A stretch of 55,366 bases of DNA from NCBI GenBank assembly GCA_000442015.1, contig KE560765.1:1-55366 (forward strand). The letters run 5' to 3'. The notes under the pieces were generated by a model, which saw nothing but the letters and a program-made list of their open reading frames with translations, was not told the DNA's origin and searched no databases. This document shows, in pieces, positions 23,601 through 35,328 of this stretch; within the stretch, counting starts at the first letter, position 1; every line of letters starts with the position of its first letter. The position numbers and the translations under genes were made by a program. Source of the stretch: Rozella allomycis CSF55 (Eukaryota).

Positions 23601-26336
23601 TCAGATCTATTAGATCTAATAAAGATTAATAAAAATATTTTAGAGTTTTTTGAGATTGGATCCAAGAGAATGACTATGGATTCGTATTTCTATTTCAATG
23701 CTCAGAATGATTCATATTTTGAATCTTTTCCCATTGATAAGTTTGGGTATTTGAAGCAGGGGTTAACGATATCATTTTGGATTGAAATTAAATTTATTAA
23801 AGAAGAAAGTGGAATTTTGTTTATTAAAGATTTGAATCAAAATGTGATATTTGAATTGTTTTGCAAGAGAATTGACAAGAAGAATTTCATCTGTTTGAGA
23901 CTTCTATCAAAGCCAAGACCACCAGAAGATATTGTGTTTGATAGATTCAATGTTGAGAATTCATTGATTAATATAACAATTTGCCATGCAAAGAGTCACG
24001 TTATTTTATTCATCAATGGGAAACAAATTCAAACGTTTACTTGTTTCACTTGGCCTTTTAATAAAATTAATCATTCTTTAGTTCTTGGACAACGACCAGA
24101 TTTTGATTGTGATAAATCATTGTTTGGGAATGTTGGCATTATTAGATTCATAGATGTAGTTGCTGATAATAAATTCGCTTCTAATTTGTATAAACAAGGA
24201 CCACAATCAAAAGAATTTAATGCGAGTGATCCAAAAGAATTTCTAGTAATATTCCCACAGAGTTACATTGAGAAAAATAGATTTAAAAAAGTTGGTAAAA
24301 TTATTAATGAAAAAACTTGTTTTCCAATAGATTCATTTGGAATGGATTTTATTCTTGAAGATAAAGAAAATCTCTTGAAATTTCTAAAATTGTTGTCTGA
24401 TAATTTTTGTGCTAAATTATTGAAATGTTTAATAAATTGCTTGAATAGATCTAATAAATTAAATATTCTTTTTAAACAGATGCAAGGGTTTGAATTTCTT
24501 TTCAATTGTTGTTTGAAAGATCTATCTGGATCTATTTCTGAAATTTCTAATTTTATTATAGATGAAGATTTCTATTTTCAGAATCCAGAATTATTTAAAT
24601 TGTGTTTTGATTTACTTTATAATCAAGAAGAAACAATTCATTTATCATTTTGGAAATTATTAACTCATCACAAATCATTAAATGAAAAGAATGTAACCTT
24701 TTTATCTTCCAATATTGGATTTTTGAAATTTCTAGATATGATTAGTATTTCCCCTTGTCATTTGTTAATCTGCAAATTATTTGAAATTTGGATTCCAATT
24801 TTGGATTCTCCAAATCTGGAAATTCTTTTGTGTTTTTTATTCTATGAAAAAAAGATTGAATTGAAAATAGAAATTTTGAATATTTTCATTAAAAGTTTAA
24901 ATTCATCTTCTTTTGCTTCAATGGTTAAGAACATGGGTGGGATCAATCTAATGATTCCTTTATTGGAAATTCAAGAAGAGAAAATTGGAATTCAAATTTT
25001 ACAAATAATTGGAATTTTATTAAAAGAAACTCCAAAAAATTTAATTTCAAAATCAAACATTTTTGATGTCTTGTCTTTTTATTCTTCTTCTTTCCCAAAT
25101 TCATTCAAAACTATTTCTGAAATTTCATTAAATGAAAATGAATTGATTTTTCCAGAATTATTCAAAATTATGATTGAATCTTTATCTTTCAATCAACACA
25201 ATAAATTTATAAACTATTTTAAAGTTGTTTTGGATAATCATGCCAATCTAGAAAAGATTTGGGATTTCAATTGGATTGATTGGTTTCAACCATTCTTCAA
25301 AGATCTTTCTGAATCAAACTATTCTATCAAAATACAATCAAAGCCACATCTATTTATAGAATCCATTTTTCAGAAATTAATCATTTTTGACTTGCAAAGA
25401 AAGAGTTCTCAAATTGCATACAAGAAAGGATTTATTACTGACAGCGAATCTTTACTACAATTTTCAATTGAAAGTTTAATAGACTATTTAAACCAGTATC
25501 CAGTTCTCAAAGAAGAATCAAGTTCAGAATTCATTTCAAACTTTGTTACTCTCTATCGTTGCTGTGAAGACAATTTATTCTTTTCAATTCAATTTCTCTT
25601 AAATTTTGGTTCTTGTGTCAATCAAATGCTAATAAAGAATAACCCAAATGTTCGCTCCCATTTAAAATCTTCTGGTCTACTTCAATTAAAAGACAACTCT
25701 ATAATCCAAATGCTTTCATCGGAAATTCAATCAGACGAATTTCTGAAATTTCTTAAATTATTCTCTTTTGAAATGATCTCAAATCAACCAAAATTCAGAG
25801 ATTCAAATGGTCTCTTGTTTCTCTTTCGTTTCTTTCATCAATTCAAAGATCCTCTAATCCAAGAAACACTCGGTCTAGTTTTAATAACATATTTCACTCC
25901 AAATGAAGAGAACAGAAAGGCAATAAAAAAGTTGATCGATGATGATCTCTTTTGCGATAAATTTTTCAGTCTTTCTGATCAAACTTCCTTGAACAATTTC
26001 ATTTCATGGTACTTTAACGGAACCCCTGAAGTTCTATTAAAGAAGAAACTTATTGAACAACGACTAGAAAGCTTGTATCTGCCAATCTCATCCATTGTAT
26101 CGAAATCATTTGAAAAGAGAATTTACAAACGGAATAAACGCTCAAAGGCGAGAAAAGATCGGCTGTTGAGGCAATCAACGCTATTTAATAAGAATATTCT
26201 CGAACACAATAATAAAATTAAGCAGCTAAAGGAAAATAGAGTCGTTTATTACCAAAATTTAATCGATGATTGCAGAATTCAGAGGCATGAGCGATTCAAG
26301 ATTGGCGAAGAGTTTATCAAGTCATTAAATAAATAG
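20618..26336 (+). CDS. Large ARM/HEAT protein with a ConA/laminin-G-like domain (BEACH-protein N-terminus-like); about 8 introns
   Basis: ORFs joined by 26-28 nt introns; GLTISFWI and ITICH...VILFINGK LamG-like motifs; GGFNVL/GGINLM ARM turns; no PH-BEACH-WD40 seen. Confidence 0.6.
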
Positions 26337-26405
26337 ATTTACAATGTACAATATTGAAGTAATTATTAAATATAAATTATTAAAATATCTTTTATCAAGT
26401 TTTAT

Positions 26406-27595
26406 TTAAAAGTCACCGCAAGTTGCTATAAAGATTGCAATGTTTGAAATACTTTTAATCTTCAAAGCATTACCAGCTGAATTCAAAAACACTTGGCCAC
26501 TTTTCACCTCAACATCATTAACTTGCCCCTCCCCTTCAGTAACAATCAAAATACTAGGCCCATCAACCCCCTTCAATTCCTCCCTCTCATTCTCCTTCAA
26601 CATTACCGCAACAACCGAAAACTCATCAATCGGCGGATCATACAACAACGAATGCATCCCAATCTTTTCCGCCTTGAGCAGCTTTGACTCGGCACTGCCA
26701 TATTCATACGTCAACATTTTCGTCAAAACTTCAACATCCTTCAGCTTTGGCGTCAATCCCGCTCTCACAACATTATCACTCGACGCCATGCATTCAACAC
26801 AGTCGCCGGAAATATACGCGTGCGGCTCGTTTGCTTTGAGAAACATCGCGTCGCCTGGTTTTAGAATAACGTAGTTGAGGAAAAATAGACAGAAACAGCC
26901 AATGTCGTCGGGAAACTGATTATAGATTCGTTGGAACAGTTCTTCAATGCTTCCCCTTTTGTGTTTTTTGTTTTCAAGTCTTTTATTTAATGATTGCAAT
27001 AATGAGACGATCTTTCCGTGGTCGGTTTTCATTAACGTTGTGAACATTTCCTTCAACAATTCTCTATCTCTTTTCTTTTGTTTTACAATTTCAACATCAA
27101 AAAGGGCCCCGAATTCCTCAAAGGTATTGGTAAACATTATAATCTCTTCAATATCCCTGAATCCACACAATGCCTCGAACTCTGTCAGCGCCAACGTCAT
27201 TTCAGGCTTATGATTAGCATCTTTATAAACATTCGGAAATTTTTCATGAAGCTCCGCAGCCAGCTTTTTATCAGGATGCGCTTGGATCGACAGCGCCTTT
27301 TCAATCGACAAGACCTTGAACAGAAACGGAAGTGACTCGAACGCACCTAGTACTTTCTTGTTAGTCTTCAAATACACAGATAATGGACATGAATCGCTTT
27401 TTATGAAACATGGGCCGTTGGGGTGGTCGCCCATCCAGAGCTTTTATATTCGATTGAATTGCTTACTTCGGCATACGGCTTGGAATCGGATAATTCAAAG
27501 TCTTTGCAACATGTTTTGGCGTATTCAGCTACTTTGCTATTCTTGCCATGTTTTCCCCATTCATAGGTTTGAACAGCGCAGGTCAATTCAATCAT
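26406..27595 (-). CDS. PMI40: Mannose-6-phosphate isomerase; 1 intron
   Basis: YEWGK, YAELWMG, LSIQAHPDK, DANHKPEM, SDNVVRAGLTPK. Confidence 0.97.
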
Positions 27596-27668
27596 GTCAA
27601 TTGGAATTTTCCAAATCTTTAATACGAGTTAGAAGTGTGAAAAAAATATTTGAAAAATAAATAAATTT

Positions 27669-27797
27669 AGTCCGGTGGTCTAGTGGCAAACTAAGATGCT
27701 TTGGACGTCTAGGTGCATGGTTCGAACCCCATCCATGTTTCCGAATTTTCCGGGGTTTTCGGGTGAGGCAGGGTTCGACTCNTACCCTAAGCCACCA
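27669..27797 (+). other. tRNA-like / Pol III promoter-like element that does not fold as a canonical tRNA
   Basis: A-box TGGTCTAGTGG and two B-box-like motifs (GGTTCGAACCC, GGTTCGACTC) in a GC-rich island; contains an N. Confidence 0.4.
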
Positions 27798-27803
27798 ACC
27801 CTA

Positions 27804-28204
27804 ATGGCAGCAAAGAAACCAACAGATAGAGAGCTAGCTATAGAATATAACAACAAGAAAACTGAATTAAGGACTATCGCCGAAAGAATAGCTGAAATGG
27901 AAGCTGAACGCGACTAGCACATGTACAGAATATCCTATTTGATAATAATAGACTAGTAACGGATGCACTGAAACCTATGAATGGCGACAGAAGATGTTTC
28001 AGACTTGTCGGAGGTGTTTTAGTCGAACGCACAGTCAGCGAAGTTATCCCAGCTCTGAAAAAGAATACCGAGGGCGTAAAACTATGATCTCCATGATAAT
28101 AGATTGATGAAATCATTAAAGGCCTTCACGAAACATTTAAAAAGAAAGAGATTGAGTTTGTAAGGTTTCAAGAGCAATACCAAATTACAGAACGCGCTCA
28201 ATAA
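27804..28204 (+). CDS. PFDN2: Prefoldin subunit 2 with an in-frame TAG at 27915; 2 introns
   Basis: AERIAEMEAERD*HILV, RRCFRLVGGVLVERTV.EVIPAL. Confidence 0.88.
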
Positions 28205-28213
28205 ATTTTATTG

Positions 28214-28564
28214 TTAATGTACAAAAACTATCGCCAAGGCAATTAAGACGCCTGCAAATAGCAGGAAAAATGCAATTGTTGGTAGCAGCACTTTTGCTTC
28301 TTTGATTTTATTCATTAGTCGCTGGCATCTATGTGATATGCGAACTCTGATTGTATAGTTGGACTGGCAAAGCTCGCATTTGCTTGGATGTTTGCAGTAC
28401 GGTGAAGCTAACCATTTGGAGAGACATTTGTAATGAATACCGGATGCGGTTCCCTTACAGTTGCAGACCTTGATTAAATCGCCATTATAGTCTCCACATA
28501 TTCTACAGCATATCTGTTCTTTCTGCTTTTGCAGTTCTATATCGTCTTTTTCGATCGTTGACAT
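28214..28564 (-). CDS. RING-CH (MARCH-like) E3 ligase with a C-terminal TM helix
   Basis: CRIC...CNCKG...HYKCL.KW...CELC. Confidence 0.88.
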   Translation of the reverse strand: MSTIEKDDIELQKQKEQICCRICGDYNGDLIKVCNCKGTASGIHYKCLSKWLASPYCKHPSKCELCQSNYTIRVRISHRCQRLMNKIKEAKVLLPTIAFFLLFAGVLIALAIVFVH

Positions 28565-28645
28565 TATCTAAAGCTTATTAGAAAGACTAAATGACAAACA
28601 ATTCGAAAGTGATCAATGATACAGAAATGAATTTTATTTAAGCGT

Positions 28646-30402
28646 TTAGAACCACCCGAATCGTTTAGTAGGTTCTTTACTTGTAATGTTTAACTTGATC
28701 TCGCCATTGTCCAAAGTAATTAAGACATGATCCCCTTGTTTCAGTTGATCGTATTCATTAGCGTGAGCAAGTTTATTTATGACTTGTTTTTCAACTTCAT
28801 GTTTGATAGATCTCGCACCGTAATGAATGTTGTAACCTTTGGCCAACATTTGTTTGACTTCAGGTGTCCATTCTATCTTCATCTGATGTCTCGATTCAGC
28901 CTATTTAGAATTTTCAACAATTAATACTTTCTGTGCCCATTTATTAAGCTCCTTTTCTACAATCAATTCCAAGTCATTTTTAGTGAATGGCATAAAGAAC
29001 AATATCTCGTCAATTCTACCAAGGAATTCATCTCTTCTGAAGTATCCCCTTAGAATTGGGTATATGGTGCTGTTTATAAACTCTTCTCCAAAGAAATTCC
29101 TGGTTTGCTTTTCTTCCAAAGTTTTCGAAACCTTTTTTGTCGAGTTTTCTTCAATATCTCGAAGTCGCAATGCTTCTTCGGCAATTTCTTGTTGTGCCAA
29201 ATTACTCGTTAACACGAATATGGCGTTTTTGCATTCGACAGTCGCACCCTTTCCCTTTTTGAAAATTCGTAAATATTTTTACATCTGTTAAGCGACCTTC
29301 ATCAAACAATTGAAGCATCACAGTGAAGACATCAGGATGTGCCTTTACTAATCAAATTTATTTACTTACTTTTTCAACTTCATCCAATAATACTACAATG
29401 TTCTCGCCCCTGGATTGTTTCAATTTTTCTGTTAATTGACCGCCTTCCTCATGACCAATGTATCCTGGTGGACTTCCAATAAACTTTGTGCTTTCATTGA
29501 TTATTATTTACTTTGGCAACTTCATGCTTTGATTGGAATTCTGACATGTCAATGCGAACAAAACCTTTGGACGAATCCTTTTGTAAACTTTTCGCCAATT
29601 GCTTTGCCAATTCCGTTTTACCGATTCCTGAAGAGCCCATAAACAGAAATACTAAAGGCTTCTCTTCGTCATGCCATCCATTTTCTCTTCTTCTAATAGC
29701 GGAAGCAACAGCATGAATCGGTCCATCTTGTCCTACAATGGATTCTTTTAATCTCTGCTCCAAAGGAACTTATTAACCCTAAAATTTCTTCTTACATTTT
29801 CGCCTTTGTTCTTTATCCAGAACTTTTTGCTTTTCTCTCACAATGTCTCTTAGTTGATTTAGATAGTCTTTGACACTAGGATCAGAGCAGTAATATTCTG
29901 GAGGTTTTCCATTATCATCCAATGCATCGGGATTGGCCCCTTTAACTATTAAGAGTTTGATTATTTCCTTATTTTTCGAAAACATGGCGTAGTGTAATGC
30001 CGTTGCCCCTGTTGAGGGAAAGTCAAATCTTAATGGAAACTCCTTATCTCGCATTATGATATTAGTTTGTGCGTCTAAATTCCCGTGTGGTATATATCTG
30101 TATTCATCTCTTTCATTCAGATCTAATGTTTCATCCTCCAACAACTTTTGGACTGTCTTTATATCACCATTAGCACACGCTAAATGTAAAACGTTCCAGC
30201 CATATCTTCCTACGTGTCGCTTTTTCTCTACTTTATTCTCACAAAGAATAATTGATTTGTTAGGTGACTCATTTAAAAATATTCTATAAGTGGAATATGA
30301 AGCAAAGGAACATCCAATAACAGCACCATAAAACCCTCTTTTGTAAGAATTAATATGCGCCCTTTTTAATAAATGGAAAATCGCCCCTGCGAACTGTCTC
30401 AT
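28646..30402 (-). CDS. CLPB: Ankyrin-AAA+ disaggregase, Skd3/CLPB type, with a mitochondrial-type presequence; 5 introns
   Basis: [77 protein letters not shown]. Confidence 0.92.
29956..30350. repeat. Source copy of a ~390-bp direct repeat (CLPB exon 1)
   Basis: Near-identical to 32418-32801. Confidence 0.9.
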
Positions 30403-30532
30403 TTGTCAATCTATGATGTGGCTTAGGTGGGACTGTAAATAAAAATGAAAAGAAAGCATTAAATTTTTTATAGTTATTTTCAAATGGTCAAGGTCGATTA
30501 TTAGCACTGAAGACATTATTGATAAAAAGAAT

Positions 30533-32230
30533 TTATTTAACCCTGTACCCAAAAAATTCACGCAATTGACGCCGAAACATAGAATCTGCTCCTTCGCGCA
30601 CAGTTTCATTAAAATTCACATAATATATAGGTAATTCCTCAACATCTTGTTTAAATCGAAAGTATGTTCGGGGCGATACGCCCCAAACAAATTCACGATG
30701 ACGATCATAATTAGCTATTTGCAACATTATTTGATTATTAGGATAATCACTAATAGAAGGAATTTTCTCCATTTCAATTGTGCTATTGCGGATTCTTTCT
30801 GCTGCTAACGAGATGGTAGAGTTAAATGTCTTTAGCTTTTCCATATGCGAAGTGTAATTACTTAAAGTTGGATTTGTGACATTTAGTTTAGGCATTGCAA
30901 CATTGCCATTCTTTATGTCATCTGCAACAACTTCAAATTTATCTTTATAATACTTAAATGCCTCATTTAATTCTCTTTGCAAATACGGCAATAAATCTGC
31001 TCTGGTAAGCCAATCACTCAAAAAATAGAAGGGTGGCCATGGAAGTGAGGAAGTTTCAATCTTCAATGGTTGCATTGTATTGAAAGTCTCTGTAAATTTC
31101 TTGGTAACGATGTTATACGTTTCAAGAGATTCGTGGCAAACTTCTACAAAAGCTGTTAAATTTTTTGCAGCCTGCTCAATTTGTTCACGATCAAAATGAA
31201 ATTTTGTCACCCCTTCATAAAAGTTACTGTGTTGCGCGTGGAAATTCGTTTCATCCTGTAATATTTGTTTCTGAGTCTTTTTAGTTTCATTTACTATTTC
31301 AAATGTTGATGGAGCTACCTTCTTGGCTGCTTCAGATATCTTAATTAAATCTGCTGATAGTGTTCCAGTTGTAGCAACAAGATTCTCATACAATCGTTTC
31401 ATTTCAAGCCTTTTCTTACGATATTCTTCAATCATTGTCAGTTCAGCTTCATGATTTTGTTTTGCTTGCATCATTTCTAAAGTACTAAAGGACCGCCCAT
31501 TGTTTTCAATACACTTTTGATAAATACCAGCATAAGCATTCTCAAGAAACACTCTTCTTGCGCCTTCGTCATATATCTTTTCCTTTTTGTTGTTGCGAAA
31601 CAAGGTGAGTTTATTATGACGATAAAACAGATATTTAACTGAATCAAGCAATCCGCTCGGTGCTATATTTGCCATTACTTTTTTGAACTCTTGTATTTTC
31701 TCATTCTCTGCGGTTTCATCATAAATAATGTTATCCGCAAAAGTAAACACAACAAATCCATGTTTGTAGCCTTCTTCATTAATCAAAGAGTTCCAAGAGC
31801 TCATAATGTTTGAGAGTTTAAAGTCTGACTTCCTTTCAATAGACACTACCAAAAAGAATGCATCGAAACCATCTTTAAGAAATTCAGGCACTTTAGAAAG
31901 AATTTGTGATGATATTTCATTGTTTTTGTCATTGTCTTCTTCGAAGCCAGGTGTGTCAATAACGCGAAGAGAGATGCCATCGTGGCTACACGAATAGGGT
32001 TTTACTATGCAGGTACAAGACTCGACACCAGATGAAGTTTTGGCAACTGCGTTTTCATCTCCGTCGTCCAAGTCGAGGAGACCGTGTAGAACATTTACAA
32101 TACTGGACTTTCCAGCACCCATATAACCGAGCAAAAGGACATTCAGAGGTCGGTCACACACCTTTGCACCAGTAGGAGAAGCAACTAGAAAGTGAAAGCA
32201 ACAGAGGAAGACTGCGAGGAAAAAATTCAT
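30533..32230 (-). CDS. AIG1/GIMAP-like GTPase with predicted signal peptide and coiled-coil C-terminus; intronless
   Basis: MNFFLAVFLCCFHFLVASP; NVLLLGYMGAGKSS, SCT, VIDTPGF, VVFTFAD. Confidence 0.8.
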   Translation of the reverse strand: MNFFLAVFLCCFHFLVASPTGAKVCDRPLNVLLLGYMGAGKSSIVNVLHGLLDLDDGDENAVAKTSSGVESCTCIVKPYSCSHDGISLRVIDTPGFEEDNDKNNEISSQILSKVPEFLKDGFDAFFLVVSIERKSDFKLSNIMSSWNSLINEEGYKHGFVVFTFADNIIYDETAENEKIQEFKKVMANIAPSGLLDSVKYLFYRHNKLTLFRNNKKEKIYDEGARRVFLENAYAGIYQKCIENNGRSFSTLEMMQAKQNHEAELTMIEEYRKKRLEMKRLYENLVATTGTLSADLIKISEAAKKVAPSTFEIVNETKKTQKQILQDETNFHAQHSNFYEGVTKFHFDREQIEQAAKNLTAFVEVCHESLETYNIVTKKFTETFNTMQPLKIETSSLPWPPFYFLSDWLTRADLLPYLQRELNEAFKYYKDKFEVVADDIKNGNVAMPKLNVTNPTLSNYTSHMEKLKTFNSTISLAAERIRNSTIEMEKIPSISDYPNNQIMLQIANYDRHREFVWGVSPRTYFRFKQDVEELPIYYVNFNETVREGADSMFRRQLREFFGYRVK

Positions 32231-32417
32231 CGAGATAACCAGGGTATCCCTTTGAAAATCCGGAAATCTAAAAGATGCAAAATCAGCCACAAATATCAAA
32301 ACAAACTCTAGACACTTTATCTCCAATCAAACCTCAAAGTTCTTCCTTTTCATTCCGATCTTCGCCCAAATTGGAATTTCAATCTTTTCCAACAGTTAAA
32401 AAAGGGTTTGGTAGATT

Positions 32418-32801
32418 TTGATTATTTCTTTAAACATGGCGTAGTGTAGTGCCGTTGCCCCTGTTGAGGGAAAGTCAAATCTTAATGGAAACTCCTTATC
32501 TCGCATTATGATATTAGTTTGTGCGTCTAAATTCCCGTGTGGTATATATCTGTATTCATCTCTTTCATTCAGATCTAATGTTTCATCCTCCAACAACTTT
32601 TGGACTGTCTTTATATCACCATTAGCACACGCTAAATGTAAAACGTTCCAGCCATATCTTCCTACGTGTCGCTTTTTCTCTACTTTATTCTCACAGAGAA
32701 TAATTGATTTGTTAGGTGACTCATTTAAGAATATTCTATAAGTGGAATATACAGCAAAGGAACATCCAATAACAGCACCATAAAACCCTCTTTTGTAAGA
32801 A
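32418..32801 (-). pseudogene. Partial duplicate of CLPB exon 1
   Basis: A few substitutions and a 9-nt deletion relative to 29956-30350; ends at N 32802. Confidence 0.75.
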
Positions 32802-33478
32802 NGGAGTTTAAACTAAATATTGTTATTCTTGCATCTGCACCTAACCACGCTATACTAACGACATTGGCACAAGTGACGGATTTTATCCCATATAAACATG
32901 TCAACAAATAGGACAGATTTTTTGTAACCAATATGAATTGCTTTTCTACGCTACAAGGTTTTCGATAGCAAAGCAGTATTCAAGATTGTTCACATGTTCT
33001 TACAATGCTATTTGATCGTATCATCATCTACAAGTGTGTATTAGTAATGCATTACTGATTACTAGTAAGTAGTAGAATTCTCAAATCACAAAGAGTAAAA
33101 AAGGANGGGGTTGCAGTAAACATGAAACTTGTACTACGACCTCCAAAAAGACCAAAATATGGTTATACTTTCATCTGCACTTAACTACACTGTAACTACC
33201 GACATTAAAAGCAATTAAAAGTGGTTACACATATAACTAATCTATCCTATTCGTTGGCATGGCATATAATCCATCATTTGTGACAATGTCGGCAGCTGGA
33301 TTGCTTCCAACATTATCCAAGAGCCCTTTAACTTCTTTTCTANAATGAGACTTCTAACTTTTCAGACCATGAGATTTGATTCAAATCATTCAATAAAACA
33401 TTTGTGGAATATAGATTTAATCATCAAAATTTGAATATTCTAGAACAAGCATGTGACCACTTGGCACTTAAGCCACTA

Positions 33479-35213
33479 ATGCACATGCTCAGACAAGCTA
33501 TTTATCTTCTGACATATTTGGTATATATCTCATGCAATTTGCACGACAATGATTTCATATACATAGAGTCCTTGAAATACCCGGGATATTACATTGAGAG
33601 CACATACAAGCGCTTATACAGAAAACCAGACTATTCGTTGTTTGAGCTATCGCCATGCGATGTTCCGTATCCAGAAATATTGCCATTTTTTGAACAGCAT
33701 TGGACAAAGGATATTGTGATGGGAAGGCTGGAAAATTCAGCGCGTATGGAAAGTAAACGGTTTCGAGTCAATTTTAATAAACATGATGGCTTTATGAGAA
33801 TATCTCAGTATGATGATGAAACTATGAAGCTTGCTTATCTGTCGTGGCTTCCGACCAGACAAATGAAAAGAGTGAATGGGCAATTGCAAGGGCGAGGGGC
33901 TATGCATATGAGCCGACGAGCAATCCATGTTTCATTCAACACTTTTAAATTTGTTCATTTGTACGATGATAGGTTTGCCATTTTAGCATATGATGGATTT
34001 TTAATGGTTGATCAAAACGTTTTGCAAAGTAGAGAAGGCGTTTCAGANAAAGTAGAGAAGGTGTTTCAGAGCATGACATTGGCAATGTTCAAATTGTATT
34101 GCAAACTTTTGACGGAGATGCCTTTGAATTGAAAAGTATTCCAGAGGCTGCAATGTTTCGAATTAGAAATATGGATTTTTCATATGCAACAATTGCTTCG
34201 AATGATTTGGACAAGTCTGTTTCAAAGTTTGAATTTCTTGAAGGGATCGAGAGCGATCTTTCCAGTATAGAAATAGCAGATCTTCCCTTGTTTTGTAATT
34301 ACTTTGAATATTTTTGATGCAGGGAATTTCGATATTCAAAGAAGGAAAGAGGAAAGATGGGCAAGTGGACAGGAATTGCTTACTTTCAACAATTATAGAG
34401 TTAGCAACGTCAAAGAAACTGTGGCGTTAATATTGATAAACAGAGACTACTTTGTTTCATGGGTGTCTCTTTACGAAAGGTTTAAGGAGCCACATTTCAA
34501 GAATTTCCATTTCAAAGACCTTCAAGGTCAAGGTGCTATCAGTTTGCAAACTTTCATTACATCAATCGCGAATGATTACATGATAAATAAGAGAAGAATT
34601 TTTACGCCGTGCGAGGGTTTTATATGTATCACGCCAATTTTAAATCCTAAACCATTTCAACTAAAAATGTATGCTGCATTTGGTGCTCTTTGCGCTGTCA
34701 GTATCATAAAGAAGATACCATTAGGACTTAAGCTACCCCGATTTATGTTAAAATTTCTATATTACGGGGCCAAATTCGATTTAGAAGATCTTTACGAAGT
34801 ATATCCAGATTACCGTGAATATTTTCATCTTTTAGAGTAAATTCTACTTTTTGATTGAAATAGAATTAACGATAACTTGGAAGCACATCAGATTCCATTT
34901 GTTGCCAAAGTAGATTTTGTTGATAGCAAGGACCGCCATATGGAAATTATTCCTCATGGGTCTTATACAATTCTTACCAATAATAATCTTGAGATTTACA
35001 AACAGTAATTATTTCATATAGAGTTAAAAGTCAATTTGCGCTTTGGAAACTGTACGTGCAAGTTAGATCACAAATGATGGAAATTAGAGAAAACTTTTTG
35101 TCTCATCTGGGAGGCTGGATGAGCTACATAGAATATAAAGATTTAGAAGTAATTCAATCATTACATATTTACCCTAGATATTGAATCAACCAATCTCATT
35201 TGCTAGCGCATAA
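33479..35213 (+). CDS. Predicted secreted protein with a truncated HECT N-lobe; 4 introns
   Basis: Hydrophobic N-terminus; FGALCAVSIIKKIPLGLKLPRFMLKFL, LEDLYEVYP, EIIPHG...LTNNNLEIY; stops before the HECT C-lobe. Confidence 0.65.
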
Positions 35214-35328
35214 TATCATTAACTTTATTCAATAAATAGAATTAATTTCATTCAAAACCAAATTACCGCAATTCATTAATTATTTTATGCTTTTCGGAGA
35301 ATTAGGCAAAAGTGGCTGAAGGCGCCAC

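Noticed and set aside
16604-26336. Genome-wide stop-codon reassignment
   Set aside because: ORFs of 937 and 1019 codons lack internal TAG/TAA/TGA, and all three codons terminate genes in the window
27784-27803. ACCCTAA motifs as a telomerase RNA template
   Set aside because: Short match abutting the PFDN2 ATG and next to an N; no supporting structure seen
27929-27937. ATATCCTAT inside PFDN2 intron 1 as a U12 donor
   Set aside because: No U12 branch site; the GT-AG intron already restores the frame, and this would not remove the TAG
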